Below, one piece after another: positions 7,860-16,635 of a stretch of DNA of 32,000 bases. Origin of the DNA: Methanococcus maripaludis (lineage in GTDB: Archaea > AGJL01 > Methanococci > Methanococcales > Methanococcaceae); contig NZ_CP026606.1 of assembly GCF_002945325.1 (NCBI RefSeq), positions 450,001 through 482,000 of the forward strand, in the 5' to 3' direction. The translations under genes were made by a program, and so were the position numbers. Position 1 is the first letter of the stretch. Every line of letters starts with the position of its first letter. The notes beneath the pieces were generated by a model that did no database searches, had not been told where the DNA came from, and saw nothing but the letters and a program-made list of their open reading frames with translations.

Positions 7860-10800
7860 TTACGCGATCATCAGTTTTTGATCTTTAAATGCAGTCAAGA
7901 TCCCCTTATCAATCATTACTTTAATTTTGTCTTCAACAGCCCCTTCCTGATAATTTCTAAACATTGCTCTTGAAATCACTGCAGCTCTTGAAACCACATT
8001 CGATTTCTTTTCTTCAACTTCGTCTTTTATGAGCTCTAAAATTATTCTTTCGTCACTGTCAAGATTTTCCGAATCATTTCTAACGAAACCTATTTCACGA
8101 TCTTTTTCAATAGGCATTAAATTCATTGAAAGAGCTTTTTTCGTCTTTCCGTCAATCTTGTATTCTTTGTAGTCAAACTCTTCTTCGTTTTTTAACTTCC
8201 TTAGACTGTATATTCCAAGCTTATCGATATTTAAATGATCTTTGCTCTCGTTTGTAAGCAGTAATTTAATAAATCCTTCCTTTCGATCTTCTTTTACAAA
8301 GACACCAACTGCGGAAAGTTTGTTCATGAGCTTGTTATAAGCATCTCTAGGAACGGAATTGTTCACTGCATCATAAATATTATACTGTACGCCTTCTTCG
8401 GTAACAATAATTCTCTTAACGTCATCGACAATTGTTTTCCTGATTCTTTTTCCAAGTGTACTCGTATGCGTATAGCTTTCAACAGGATTTTCAGAACTTG
8501 AATTATATTTCATTCCAAAGCTTTCAAATAAGAACTTCAACAGTTCTTTTCCAATGTAAAATATGCTTTCTTTTGCATTCTTTCTGGAAGCCTTAAAATC
8601 CAGCGTTTTTAATTGTTCATAGAATTTATCAATATTTCTATAGATAAACGCTCCAAGTTTGTTGATTTTATCTATCAAATACCTGTGTTCATCCTCAGTA
8701 TTTACCAAAGCTAAGTCATCAACGTCAATAATAACACAACGGTCAACTAGCGCTGGATCTTCTATTCGTATACTGTTTGCTGAAACCATTAATGGTCTTA
8801 TAAGCGAATTTTCGATTCTTGTGCTTATGTTATATCTTGAATCTTCAGTTCTTTTGGAGGTCCCTAAAATTTTTAAAATGTCATACATCTGCTCAGGAAT
8901 TTCCGCTTCGTCAATGATTAAAGGTAAATTGCAGTACTGTTCATTCTCTAATCTTATTCCCGTTCCGCCTGCTACCTTTTTACTGTTTAAAATATCCAGA
9001 TTTAAGAACATTTTTGCAAAAAGCAGTTTTATTCTCGCACTTTTTCCTGTTCCAAGCTGTCCGGTAATTACAAGATTTGGAAACATATCCAGTTTTTTAG
9101 TGTCCATTAAGTAATATCTAAATAATGATGCCATAGAATACTCTAAAATCCACTTTCCAAGATCATCCTGTAAATACTGGTCTAGATGGTAAATTAAATC
9201 TTCAATTTCACCCATTTCATATTTTAAATCAAACAATTCTCTTAATTTCTTTGCTTTTCCGTGACATACATACTTTGAATCAAGTTCCCAATCATTTCCA
9301 AGGATTGAATAATTTTCCCCAAAAAATCCGTATGCTTTTGATCTCTTGATTTTCTGGTTTTTATCGTATTTTTTAACAATATGCTGGTATGTAAGATAGT
9401 AATCTTCTGCAAAATCTTCCCATGTGACATTTTTAGTCTTTACAGTGTTTACAAAGTCCAAAAATGCATGTTCTTCATCCAAAATATCAATTACTTTCTT
9501 ATTTAACACCAATTCTTTATTATATTCAAAATCTTCCAGATTAAAGTACTGAACATGGTTTATATGTGGTTTTGAATAAGAACCAATATTTTTGCTCATT
9601 ATCATCGTGGAATTTGCGAGCTCTTTTTCCCAAGTTTTGTTTATAATACTTGCTCCACCAACCCTCTTGATTAGAACCTGTTTTTCTTCGAGCTGTTCTT
9701 CAAGCTGTTCAGCAGTTAATTCTTCGTTTTCCCTTTTTGTTAAAAAATAGGATTTTAATGGGTTTCCTCGTTTAATATTTACGATACTGCAGTTTTTACA
9801 TGATTCTTTTAATTCTGCAGGAGAATTTGCACAGTTTGAAGGAGCCCGTCTAGTTTTAAACCATTCTTCGAGGCTTTTTAAAGTCAATTCTTCATTGAAA
9901 TTATTTGAATATTTTTTAAAGATTTCAAGAGTTTTTCTCGCATCATTTCCACTATCCTGGTTAAAGTACCTCATGAAAAATGCTCTTAAAAATAACTGGA
10001 TTTCTCGATTTGCAGAACCAGTTTTCCTTAATTCAAGCGCTTTTTTAACACATGGTGGCACATAATCCCAGTTAATCTCTGAATTTGCTTCATAGGTTGT
10101 TTCTTCAATATTTTCTGATTTTACCTGTTCTTTAAATTGAACGTGGCTTTTAAATTCGTTTAATATCTGATCAAAAGAATAAACATTGTTTTTGTGTGAT
10201 AAAATCCTGCCCTGCTTTTCCTGGAATTTTTTATTATTTGAACCAGGAATTCTTAAAACTCTTGCAAGGTCGTAGATGTTAGAATCCGCGTTTATAAAAC
10301 CTTTATTAACATTGTCAAACTCAATTACTTTTTTAAATTCTTTTAACTTTTCTTCAGTGATTGACTCATTTAAAACATAGTAAACTTGCACACCGTGTCC
10401 TGTATAAAATACCCATGAAGGTTCTAGCGGAAGGTAAATACTGTTAAAATATCTTTTAACGATTGAAAATGCTTCTGAATCTGAAAGCTGGTTTAAATCT
10501 TTTTCATTAGGGGTTTCTGGATATTTTGTTTTATCTTTGTAGTCGAGGCAGTCTTTTAAAATATCAATATCTAACGGGATTATCGAGAGTTTATCGTATG
10601 TAGCGTCTTTAGTTCCGCGTTCTTCTTTTTTAAGGCCTATTCCAAAGTATACACAGAGTTTTTTATTTACTGCTCTTGATTCATCTAAAAACAAATCCAA
10701 CTGTTTTGGATATTCATAAAACTTTGAAACTGGCTTTTTATTGGTATTAAATGCCCTCAATTCAAGATATGCAGTATCTTCTGAATTTTTCGAGAAAATC

Positions 10801-10892
10801 TGTTCAAAAAACTTTCTAACAGTATTTTCAGTTAATGCCTGCATACTTTTTTCTTTTGCCTCTGATCGATCCATTTTTCCCCTTTCTAACAT
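7860..10892 (-). CDS. replication protein: N-terminal archaeo-eukaryotic primase-polymerase domain fused to an AAA+/SF3-type helicase
   Basis: AEP motifs IIPLDIDI (DxD), YTGHGVQVYY and DLARVLRIPGSNN. Cys cluster CANSPAELKESCKNC. Walker A GQLGTGKS and Walker B LPLIIDEAE. The start is possibly ATG 10874 (AAGGGG RBS). Confidence 0.8.
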   Translation of the reverse strand: MLERGKMDRSEAKEKSMQALTENTVRKFFEQIFSKNSEDTAYLELRAFNTNKKPVSKFYEYPKQLDLFLDESRAVNKKLCVYFGIGLKKEERGTKDATYDKLSIIPLDIDILKDCLDYKDKTKYPETPNEKDLNQLSDSEAFSIVKRYFNSIYLPLEPSWVFYTGHGVQVYYVLNESITEEKLKEFKKVIEFDNVNKGFINADSNIYDLARVLRIPGSNNKKFQEKQGRILSHKNNVYSFDQILNEFKSHVQFKEQVKSENIEETTYEANSEINWDYVPPCVKKALELRKTGSANREIQLFLRAFFMRYFNQDSGNDARKTLEIFKKYSNNFNEELTLKSLEEWFKTRRAPSNCANSPAELKESCKNCSIVNIKRGNPLKSYFLTKRENEELTAEQLEEQLEEKQVLIKRVGGASIINKTWEKELANSTMIMSKNIGSYSKPHINHVQYFNLEDFEYNKELVLNKKVIDILDEEHAFLDFVNTVKTKNVTWEDFAEDYYLTYQHIVKKYDKNQKIKRSKAYGFFGENYSILGNDWELDSKYVCHGKAKKLRELFDLKYEMGEIEDLIYHLDQYLQDDLGKWILEYSMASLFRYYLMDTKKLDMFPNLVITGQLGTGKSARIKLLFAKMFLNLDILNSKKVAGGTGIRLENEQYCNLPLIIDEAEIPEQMYDILKILGTSKRTEDSRYNISTRIENSLIRPLMVSANSIRIEDPALVDRCVIIDVDDLALVNTEDEHRYLIDKINKLGAFIYRNIDKFYEQLKTLDFKASRKNAKESIFYIGKELLKFLFESFGMKYNSSSENPVESYTHTSTLGKRIRKTIVDDVKRIIVTEEGVQYNIYDAVNNSVPRDAYNKLMNKLSAVGVFVKEDRKEGFIKLLLTNESKDHLNIDKLGIYSLRKLKNEEEFDYKEYKIDGKTKKALSMNLMPIEKDREIGFVRNDSENLDSDERIILELIKDEVEEKKSNVVSRAAVISRAMFRNYQEGAVEDKIKVMIDKGILTAFKDQKLMIA

Positions 10893-10902
10893 TAATTTAA
10901 AC

Positions 10903-11880
10903 TCATAGCATTTTCTTAATGTCTTTAATCATTTTCTGCTGCCTTTCTTTAGAATGTGCATAAAATAACGTCGTTTCAATTGATTTGTGCCCCAAATATT
11001 CTTTTACAATTTCAATTGGAATTCCCTGATCTAAAAGATCTACTGCTCGCCCGTGTCTTAAACTGTGGACTACGATTCGTTTGTTTTTTGGGATTTTACC
11101 TTCTTGTTTTAATTCATCAATTGTACTTTTAAATACCTGACCGATCCAACCAACTTTTACGATTCTACCGCCTTTGTTAGTTTGAAAGATCGTATCTTCC
11201 GGCCCCTGTAGTACATTAAATCTGCAGTAGTGCTTTAAAGCTTCAAGCGTGTCGCCTGAGCACGTTACCATTCTTTCTTCACTTCCTTTAGTATCCCTAA
11301 GCTTGAAGAGTCCTTCGTTAAAGTCGCAGTCGCCATACGTGATGTTTAAAGATTCAGAGAGTCTTGCTCCAGTATCCCATAAAAACCGGATGTGTACTGC
11401 ATCCCTTAATTTTGTTCTACTGCTGCTTTTGATAATTTTTTGAAGCACTTGATTTATCAAATCAGCATTTATTGAATCATAGTGCTTTATTTCAAATTTT
11501 GAATATCTTTTTCTTTCCTTACTTTCTTCTTCAAACTGAGAGAAGTTTTTAAGCCGCATAAGTCGGTAAAACACCTTTAACAGTTTAAAATACTTGTCAA
11601 GAGTATTTCTTTGAAGTTTTCGCTCTTTTTCAAGATAATTAAAGAACTTGACAAAGTCGCCGTTATTTGTAATTTCAGGCGTTTTTTCGATTTCTAGGAA
11701 AACAAACGATAAAAATACCCTTAACCTCGTGATGTCATTTCTCAACGTTGTTTTTTTGATTCCATCAAATTCTCGCTCTTCCCTGAAACGGTCGAGCCAT
11801 TCCCTAATTTGTGGAGTTTCTTTTACCTCATCTCGTTTTGGTTTGATAGATATAAGTTTCTCGATGTCCATCTGATTCAC
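10903..11880 (-). CDS. tyrosine recombinase / integrase
   Basis: Catalytic signature GARLSES (R), HSLRHGRA (HxxR) and LGHKSIETTLFYAH (H...Y). The ORF is intact. Confidence 0.85.
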   Translation of the reverse strand: MNQMDIEKLISIKPKRDEVKETPQIREWLDRFREEREFDGIKKTTLRNDITRLRVFLSFVFLEIEKTPEITNNGDFVKFFNYLEKERKLQRNTLDKYFKLLKVFYRLMRLKNFSQFEEESKERKRYSKFEIKHYDSINADLINQVLQKIIKSSSRTKLRDAVHIRFLWDTGARLSESLNITYGDCDFNEGLFKLRDTKGSEERMVTCSGDTLEALKHYCRFNVLQGPEDTIFQTNKGGRIVKVGWIGQVFKSTIDELKQEGKIPKNKRIVVHSLRHGRAVDLLDQGIPIEIVKEYLGHKSIETTLFYAHSKERQQKMIKDIKKML

Positions 11881-12116
11881 GCTGTGCTTTCTGTCATTAT
11901 TATGTAATTTACGAGTAGATTTGTCGCTCTTCCGAATTTTTCAATTATTTTTTCTTCTTCTTTTGAAAGGCTTAATGGTCGTTTGTGCTGTTTTGGTGCT
12001 TTGACAACTTCTGCGAGCTGTTCTGGGTCGATATTCTCAATATTTTCGAGTTTATGAAAGTAGTATCGAAGGGTCCTTGCATCCATTTCTCTTATCAGGG
12101 TAAAGTGCTGTTTCAT
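11877..12116 (-). CDS. small protein, 79 aa; its position suggests a recombination directionality or DNA-binding factor, but this is unproven
   Basis: It overlaps the integrase start by 4 nt and the upstream micro-ORF by ATGA. Confidence 0.55.
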   Translation of the reverse strand: MKQHFTLIREMDARTLRYYFHKLENIENIDPEQLAEVVKAPKQHKRPLSLSKEEEKIIEKFGRATNLLVNYIIMTESTA

Positions 12117-12271
12117 TGTTCCACCTCTTTTTCGTATTTTTCAAAAATTTCGTTTAATTCCCCTTTTATTTTATCAAAATCTTTTCCTTTAACTTTAAAT
12201 TCTTGAATAACTATTGCTGTAACGTCCGCATTTCCAGATTCGTGATTTTCAACGTTTATCACATCAATCAT
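12113..12271 (-). CDS. micro-ORF, 52 aa (below the ORF-track cutoff)
   Basis: ATG 12271 is preceded by GGTGAAAGT. ATGA overlaps occur at both ends. Manual translation: MIDVINVENHESGNADV...EKEVEQ. Confidence 0.5.
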   Translation of the reverse strand: MIDVINVENHESGNADVTAIVIQEFKVKGKDFDKIKGELNEIFEKYEKEVEQ

Positions 12272-12495
12272 ACTTTCACCCCAATTACTTCTTTAAGCAG
12301 TTTTAATTGCTTATTTTCCAGATTCGTGATTATTTCGTAGTTTCTAACATCGACAGACGAAAATCTTTCAGGTTTTGAATCAACGTCACTTAATGCGATA
12401 AAATCCCCGTTTCTAAATTTTCTAAGAATTAAAAAAAGCACACCCTTGTCGCTTTTCAAAAAATCCCCATCTTTCATTTCCTGCATTTTTTTCAC
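12268..12495 (-). CDS. small protein, 72-75 aa
   Basis: ORF in the track. The more likely start is ATG 12486, preceded by GGGGTGA. Confidence 0.55.
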   Translation of the reverse strand: MKKMQEMKDGDFLKSDKGVLFLILRKFRNGDFIALSDVDSKPERFSSVDVRNYEIITNLENKQLKLLKEVIGVKV

Positions 12496-12647
12496 CCCAA
12501 AAATATTTTGCTTTCATTTTCTTCGACAATTGTTTTAAGTTCATCAAGAACTTCCCTAAGACCTTCCTGGTTTACAAGCCGTCCTTTTGGATTTACTTCG
12601 ACCTGGAGGTTTAAAAGTCCATATTTCCAGTAAGAATAAGTGTCCAT
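12492..12647 (-). CDS. micro-ORF, 51 aa (below the ORF-track cutoff)
   Basis: ATG 12647 is preceded by CAGGTGAAAAAA. Its stop overlaps the start region of the next gene. Manual translation: MDTYSYWKYGLLNLQVEVNPKGRL... Confidence 0.5.
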   Translation of the reverse strand: MDTYSYWKYGLLNLQVEVNPKGRLVNQEGLREVLDELKTIVEENESKIFLG

Positions 12648-12972
12648 TTTTTTCACCTGTTGTAGTAAAATTTTTGAATTTTCCGAAACGTTTATAAATT
12701 GAAACGTCTAGATATATCTCGGGAATGGGAACACGACCACACCGTGCACCTTATTTTTTGATTTGATCATTTTTTTAGATCTAAACTATTTTTCTAGATC
12801 TTTTAGATGATTTTTAAACATTTTAAAGGTTTATTTAGTCTTAATTTCGAATAATTTTAAATATTATAACTTGATATTGCTATTTGGGGTAAATTCGGAT
12901 CCATAATTGTACAAAACGCAATTGTACAAACTTATCGATTTTGAATTTTTACCTTCTTACGCAATTATTTTT

Positions 12973-13212
12973 TCAAGCGTTTAGGTAGTCGATTCTTTCA
13001 ATTTTGAACATTCTATCTCGTTTCCTGTTCGTCTTCATGTCAATTTTTCTCTTGATTTTTAAAAATTCTGGACGGCTTAAAACTTTTAATTTGCATTTTT
13101 CGTCTTTTACAAGTTTCAAAATTCTAAGTAATTCGTTTTTACCACTTGCTACACCGTAACTTTCAGGAATTGCTCCTTTTTTAATGATATAATGAAATTT
13201 CACTGTTTTCAC
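12973..13212 (-). CDS. small basic protein, 79 aa
   Basis: ORF in the track. GAGGTGA lies just upstream of an in-frame GTG. Confidence 0.5.
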   Translation of the reverse strand: MKTVKFHYIIKKGAIPESYGVASGKNELLRILKLVKDEKCKLKVLSRPEFLKIKRKIDMKTNRKRDRMFKIERIDYLNA

Positions 13213-13404
13213 CTCTTCATAATTTACATAATTTGTCGAAACATAACGTTTAAATTTAAGATCGCCTTTGTTACTGTGGGGCCACAGTGTTCAAGGGGGT
13301 AATTTCGTAATCTCACAACCACGATTTTAACGTAGATTTATCTTTTGAAGACTGTAAACCCTTTTTTTAACAATCATCTGAACAAATTTTCTTTTTTTTA
13401 AGTT

Positions 13405-13620
13405 TTATTCAACAGCTTTGGTTTTTAACTGGTTTTGAATCTGAATTGCGATTCTTTCAGGCTCGACCGGGCAGTCTTCATCGTAAATGATGACTCTTGC
13501 GCGCTTTCCAACATGTTCTGGAAATGGATTTGGCCAGACCCTTCCACCGCCGCCCTGCTTTTTTATGACTGCATCGTAGCAGACAAGTATGTTTTTTTCT
13601 GAATTTTCGATAATGACCAC
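13405..13620 (-). CDS. small protein, 71 aa, possibly SpoVT/AbrB-like
   Basis: ORF in the track. The segment KKQGGGGRVWPNPFPEHVGKRARVII weakly resembles the swapped-hairpin motif G-x-x-G-x-h-x-h-P-x-x-h-x-G-K-x-h-x-h. Confidence 0.45.
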   Translation of the reverse strand: MVIIENSEKNILVCYDAVIKKQGGGGRVWPNPFPEHVGKRARVIIYDEDCPVEPERIAIQIQNQLKTKAVE

Positions 13621-13632
13621 CTTTTTTGAATT

Positions 13633-13776
13633 TTAGTTTTGATCTGGTTTAGTTTCTGAATTTTCATCGGATTTTGAGACTTTTACAAAATTTTCAACCT
13701 GTTTTGAACCATTAAAAAGATTTTCAAGTTCATTTTCGAAATTTTCTTTTGTTTTTTTAGCTTCTGAATTGTTCAT
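13633..13776 (-). CDS. micro-ORF, 47 aa, acidic and low-complexity
   Basis: ATG 13776 lies 4 nt after the stop of the zinc-ribbon ORF. Manual translation: MNNSEAKKTKENFENELENLF... Confidence 0.4.
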   Translation of the reverse strand: MNNSEAKKTKENFENELENLFNGSKQVENFVKVSKSDENSETKPDQN

Positions 13777-13780
13777 GAGT

Positions 13781-13924
13781 TTACCGCCCATCTTCCGTTT
13801 CTTCATTTGTGCAGTCTCTGCATTCTAGCCCCACCGTAGTGCTTGCAGCCCTGTAAATTACGTCTACTCTAACGTTTGTAGAACCGCATTTTTTACATAT
13901 TATCTGGAAATCTTTTGGATCCAT
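13781..13924 (-). CDS. micro-ORF, 47 aa, zinc-ribbon protein
   Basis: Manual translation: MDPKDFQIICKKCGSTNVRVDVIYRAASTTVGLECRDCTNEETEDGR, with two CxxC pairs. Confidence 0.55.
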   Translation of the reverse strand: MDPKDFQIICKKCGSTNVRVDVIYRAASTTVGLECRDCTNEETEDGR

Positions 13925-13987
13925 TTTTATCAGCCCCATTTTCTTTAAAATTTAATTTTAAGGATTTTTAGAAATTTACTTGGTTAA

Positions 13988-14191
13988 TCATTCTTCAATA
14001 TTTAATTTTACATCTTGGTACACGCCCATGTTTACTGACATGAAAAAGTCTTCTTCATCCCACGTTATTCCCATTCCGAGAACTTTACGGCCGGTTTTTT
14101 CTAAAACTTCTTTTTCGACGCCTGCCAAGATTTTATAAATGGTTTCATACGTTTTTTCGATATTTTGATTTGAATTTTCCAATTCAGTCAC
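13988..14191 (-). CDS. small protein, about 64-67 aa
   Basis: ORF in the track. GGTGA followed by an in-frame TTG at 14182 is the likely start. Confidence 0.5.
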   Translation of the reverse strand: MTELENSNQNIEKTYETIYKILAGVEKEVLEKTGRKVLGMGITWDEEDFFMSVNMGVYQDVKLNIEE

Positions 14192-14194
14192 CTT

Positions 14195-14392
14195 TTAAAA
14201 TTTTTGAAGTAATAGTAGAACTAAAATTCCAAACGTAATCTGGAGTGCTAAAAACGCCCCATACGTTATTTTCATCTTTTCATAGCCTTGGATTGTTATG
14301 TAAACGAAGCAGAAAGCCAGAAATGCTGTAAAAATTATTTTTAAATATAGATTCAGTATTAAATCCACCAGGATTTCTAGCAATGATTTCAC
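14195..14392 (-). CDS. small membrane protein, about 62-65 aa, 2 TM helices; first gene of the minus-strand operon
   Basis: ORF in the track with a hydrophobic translation. GAGGTGA followed by an in-frame TTG at 14383. Confidence 0.5.
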   Translation of the reverse strand: MKSLLEILVDLILNLYLKIIFTAFLAFCFVYITIQGYEKMKITYGAFLALQITFGILVLLLLQKF

Positions 14393-14404
14393 CTCTTGAA
14401 TTTT

Positions 14405-14495
14405 ACATATAACATTTTTTGTTATTTGATTACACTTGTAATTATGAGTAATTATCCTATATATAGCTTATTACATTTTTTGTTATTTAATAATT
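14405..14495. promoter_or_regulatory. divergent promoter region with a duplicated 16-nt operator-like sequence
   Basis: ACATTTTTTGTTATTT is perfectly repeated at 14412-14427 and 14473-14488. Each copy contains the AACA-N5-TGTT dyad. Confidence 0.5.
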
Positions 14496-14567
14496 AATTT
14501 CGTTATGATTTTCAAATATATATGATAAGGTAAACATAATTGATACATGGAAAACTAGCGGGATAGT

Positions 14568-14963
14568 ATGATTGAGATTTTTAACCAAAAATTCGTAAAA
14601 GATATTCTTACTTTAGTATTCGAGAACTCAGAAGGAATGTTTTTTACAGATCTTCAGGATAAACTAACTGAAACGTATGGGAGCATTCATCAAAGTGCAG
14701 TAAGCCGTGCAATATCCACATTATTTCAAAATAGAATGATTGAAAAATTGGAAGTTAGAGTGGACCAAAAAAATATTCCTAAAAGTTTCTATAGAATAAC
14801 GGAAACAGGCAAATTTGCTTTTAAAATACTTGAAATGGATAAAGAACTTGATGAAGAAGTAAAAGGAGTTAAATTTCACAACGAAATCAACGGGGATGTT
14901 GGACAAGTTATCAACATTGATAAAGCCGACAGCTTAGAGATTAACTTTAAAAAAGGTAAATAA
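14568..14963 (+). CDS. winged-helix transcriptional regulator, 131 aa
   Basis: The pattern FTDLQDKLTETYGSIHQSAVSRAISTLFQNRMIEKLEV...YRITETGKFAFK fits a helix-turn-helix plus wing. It is a paralog of the 4609 and 21751 ORFs. Confidence 0.6.
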   Translation: MIEIFNQKFVKDILTLVFENSEGMFFTDLQDKLTETYGSIHQSAVSRAISTLFQNRMIEKLEVRVDQKNIPKSFYRITETGKFAFKILEMDKELDEEVKGVKFHNEINGDVGQVINIDKADSLEINFKKGK

Positions 14964-15037
14964 TTACTATTTTGATATTTTATCGGGATTGAATCGATAT
15001 TTTTAAATATTCTTTTTTAAATAATTAAGTTATTAAA
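14921..15037. repeat. cassette-boundary direct repeat R1 (about 117 bp); begins inside the last 14 codons of the 14568 regulator gene
   Basis: Manual alignment with 16473-16589 (full length) and 17732-17809 (first 78 bp). Confidence 0.8.
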
Positions 15038-15060
15038 TTTATTATTTTTGAGGTGGGTTA

Positions 15061-15192
15061 ATGGCAAGGAAAAATCCAACGACTACGAATGGTAAAGTAA
15101 ATCGGGCATTAACGGGGGACGGAAGGAAAAAACCTGTAAAACAGATTAAAAAGAACATTAAAGAAATGATTGACGCTTCAAAAAAGAAGTAA
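15061..15192 (+). CDS. micro-ORF, 43 aa, highly basic
   Basis: GAGGTGGG lies 5 nt before ATG 15061. Manual translation: MARKNPTTTNGKVNRALTGDGRKKPVKQIKKNIKEMIDASKKK. Confidence 0.45.
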   Translation: MARKNPTTTNGKVNRALTGDGRKKPVKQIKKNIKEMIDASKKK

Positions 15193-15252
15193 TTTTTTTA
15201 TTTTTTTTAAGATTTATTGTAATTTAAAAAAACTAAAATTTATGGTGTATGT

Positions 15253-16431
15253 ATGGAAATGAAAAATCTTCAAGATTTACTTATGGAAAAGATTTATTTA
15301 GAATATATAAACGGCAAAAAAACATTATCCCAATCAGAATTTAAGTATCTAGGCGTAGACAATGATGATATTTATATCGCATTGAAAGATCTGTGTTATG
15401 AAAACAAAATCGATCTTAAAGCACAAAGAACTACAATGGGTGTTTATTATTTTACAGAATTGACTGCGAATGGAATAAAATCAGTTGAAAACCCAAAATT
15501 TACTAAAAAACAGGTTGAAAAAGCTAAAAAAATTATAAATGAAAATTCAGCACTGGTAATGAATTCTAAATACCAAACACATCAAAACAACATAAAAATA
15601 TTGTTGGATGAATTTGAAAACGACCCTGTTTTAAGACATATAATGCTTAAGTTAAAGATTATAGATTATGATTTTGATAGTTGGTATTCTGAAACAACAT
15701 CTACAATGTCCTCAATGGTGGCTTCTGCTAGATACGAATTACCCTCAAATAAAGATAAAAGATTATCTTTATTATATAAATTTTTAAAGGCTATTTCAGA
15801 AGGTAAACTTAAAGCATACAATTTTTCATTGATGGCATTGAGCGGAGATAAAAACCTTGATACATTAACAGATGTTTTTAACGAACAGATTTTTGTTCAT
15901 TTTTATAATGGAATTCTTTCAAAACTGGAAATTATTCTCGAAGAAATTGAAATTACAGGTGTGAACGTGGAGAATGTTACTATAAACTCAAATATTCAAA
16001 ATTCAATTTTTAAAAACAATGAATTTTCGTTAAATAATAAACTGGTATTTATATTATGTCCTTTTGAAGACGTCTTCAACGTTGTTTGTGCAGATCATAT
16101 TAAACCCCTCATGACATCATTAGACTTGGATTGTATGCGTGCTGACGATATATTTGACACCAAACCGATCATTGAAGATATTTGGAAGTGTATTAACGAA
16201 GCTCGCATTATAATTGCAGATTTAACACATAGGAATCCAAATGTTTTTTATGAATTGGGTCTTGCACATGCATTGGGAAAAGAAGTTATTACAATAACTC
16301 AAAATATTGCAGATATTCCCTTCGATGTTCGCCATATGCGAATTATTGAGTATTCTTACACTCCACGGGGAGTTGAAAAATTACAAAATGATTTAAAAAA
16401 GACTATCGAAACGATTTTAAACAGAACATAA
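15253..16431 (+). CDS. 392-aa protein: N-terminal wHTH-like region, helical middle, and a C-terminal nucleoside 2-deoxyribosyltransferase/TIR-like Rossmannoid domain
   Basis: The C-terminal pattern VFILCPFEDVF...MRADDIF...ARIIIADLTHRNPNVFYELGLAHALGKEVITI...PFDVRHMRII matches the NDT/DrHyd-like family signature as I remember it. GGTG RBS. Confidence 0.65.
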   Translation: MEMKNLQDLLMEKIYLEYINGKKTLSQSEFKYLGVDNDDIYIALKDLCYENKIDLKAQRTTMGVYYFTELTANGIKSVENPKFTKKQVEKAKKIINENSALVMNSKYQTHQNNIKILLDEFENDPVLRHIMLKLKIIDYDFDSWYSETTSTMSSMVASARYELPSNKDKRLSLLYKFLKAISEGKLKAYNFSLMALSGDKNLDTLTDVFNEQIFVHFYNGILSKLEIILEEIEITGVNVENVTINSNIQNSIFKNNEFSLNNKLVFILCPFEDVFNVVCADHIKPLMTSLDLDCMRADDIFDTKPIIEDIWKCINEARIIIADLTHRNPNVFYELGLAHALGKEVITITQNIADIPFDVRHMRIIEYSYTPRGVEKLQNDLKKTIETILNRT

Positions 16432-16472
16432 TACTTTTAAATTTTAAAGTAAATCGATCTTTTTAAATTTTT

Positions 16473-16589
16473 TAAAGCCGAGGGCTTATGGATTAACTTT
16501 AAAAAAAGTAATTAATTCTATTTTTGATATTTTATCGGGATTTAATCGGTATTTTTAAATATTCTTTTTTTAATAATTAAGTTATTAAC
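16473..16589. repeat. cassette-boundary direct repeat R2
   Basis: It aligns with R1 over its whole length. Its first 45 nt would translate to KAEGLWINFKKSN-stop, a relic of the regulator C-terminus KADSLEINFKKGK-stop. Confidence 0.8.
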
Positions 16590-16635
16590 TTTTATAACGA
16601 TTTATTTTGATATTGTAACTTATGGGGGCAACATA

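Noticed and set aside
8659-9114. Antisense or alternative-frame ORFs inside long genes: 1031-1279, 5324-5578, 8659-9114, 9242-9430, 11249-11443, 11648-11875, 11985-12206, 14721-14906, 21259-21468, 23009-23248, 23312-23518, 26283-26510, 26697-26906, 28108-28374, 28794-28997, 29373-29567, 29564-29881, 30323-30517, 30368-30622, 30409-30630, 31681-31863
   Set aside because: All are nested within or opposite to longer ORFs that have recognisable motifs, RBSs or membrane topology. Their translations are low-complexity or Cys/Ser/Leu-rich, as is typical of shadow ORFs in AT-rich DNA, and none has a convincing RBS.
10903-11880. SSV-type integrase that is split by its own integration (attP inside the int gene)
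   Set aside because: The integrase ORF is intact with all catalytic residues, and the att remnant lies about 8 kb away in a tRNA gene. The element therefore does not follow the int-partitioning mode.
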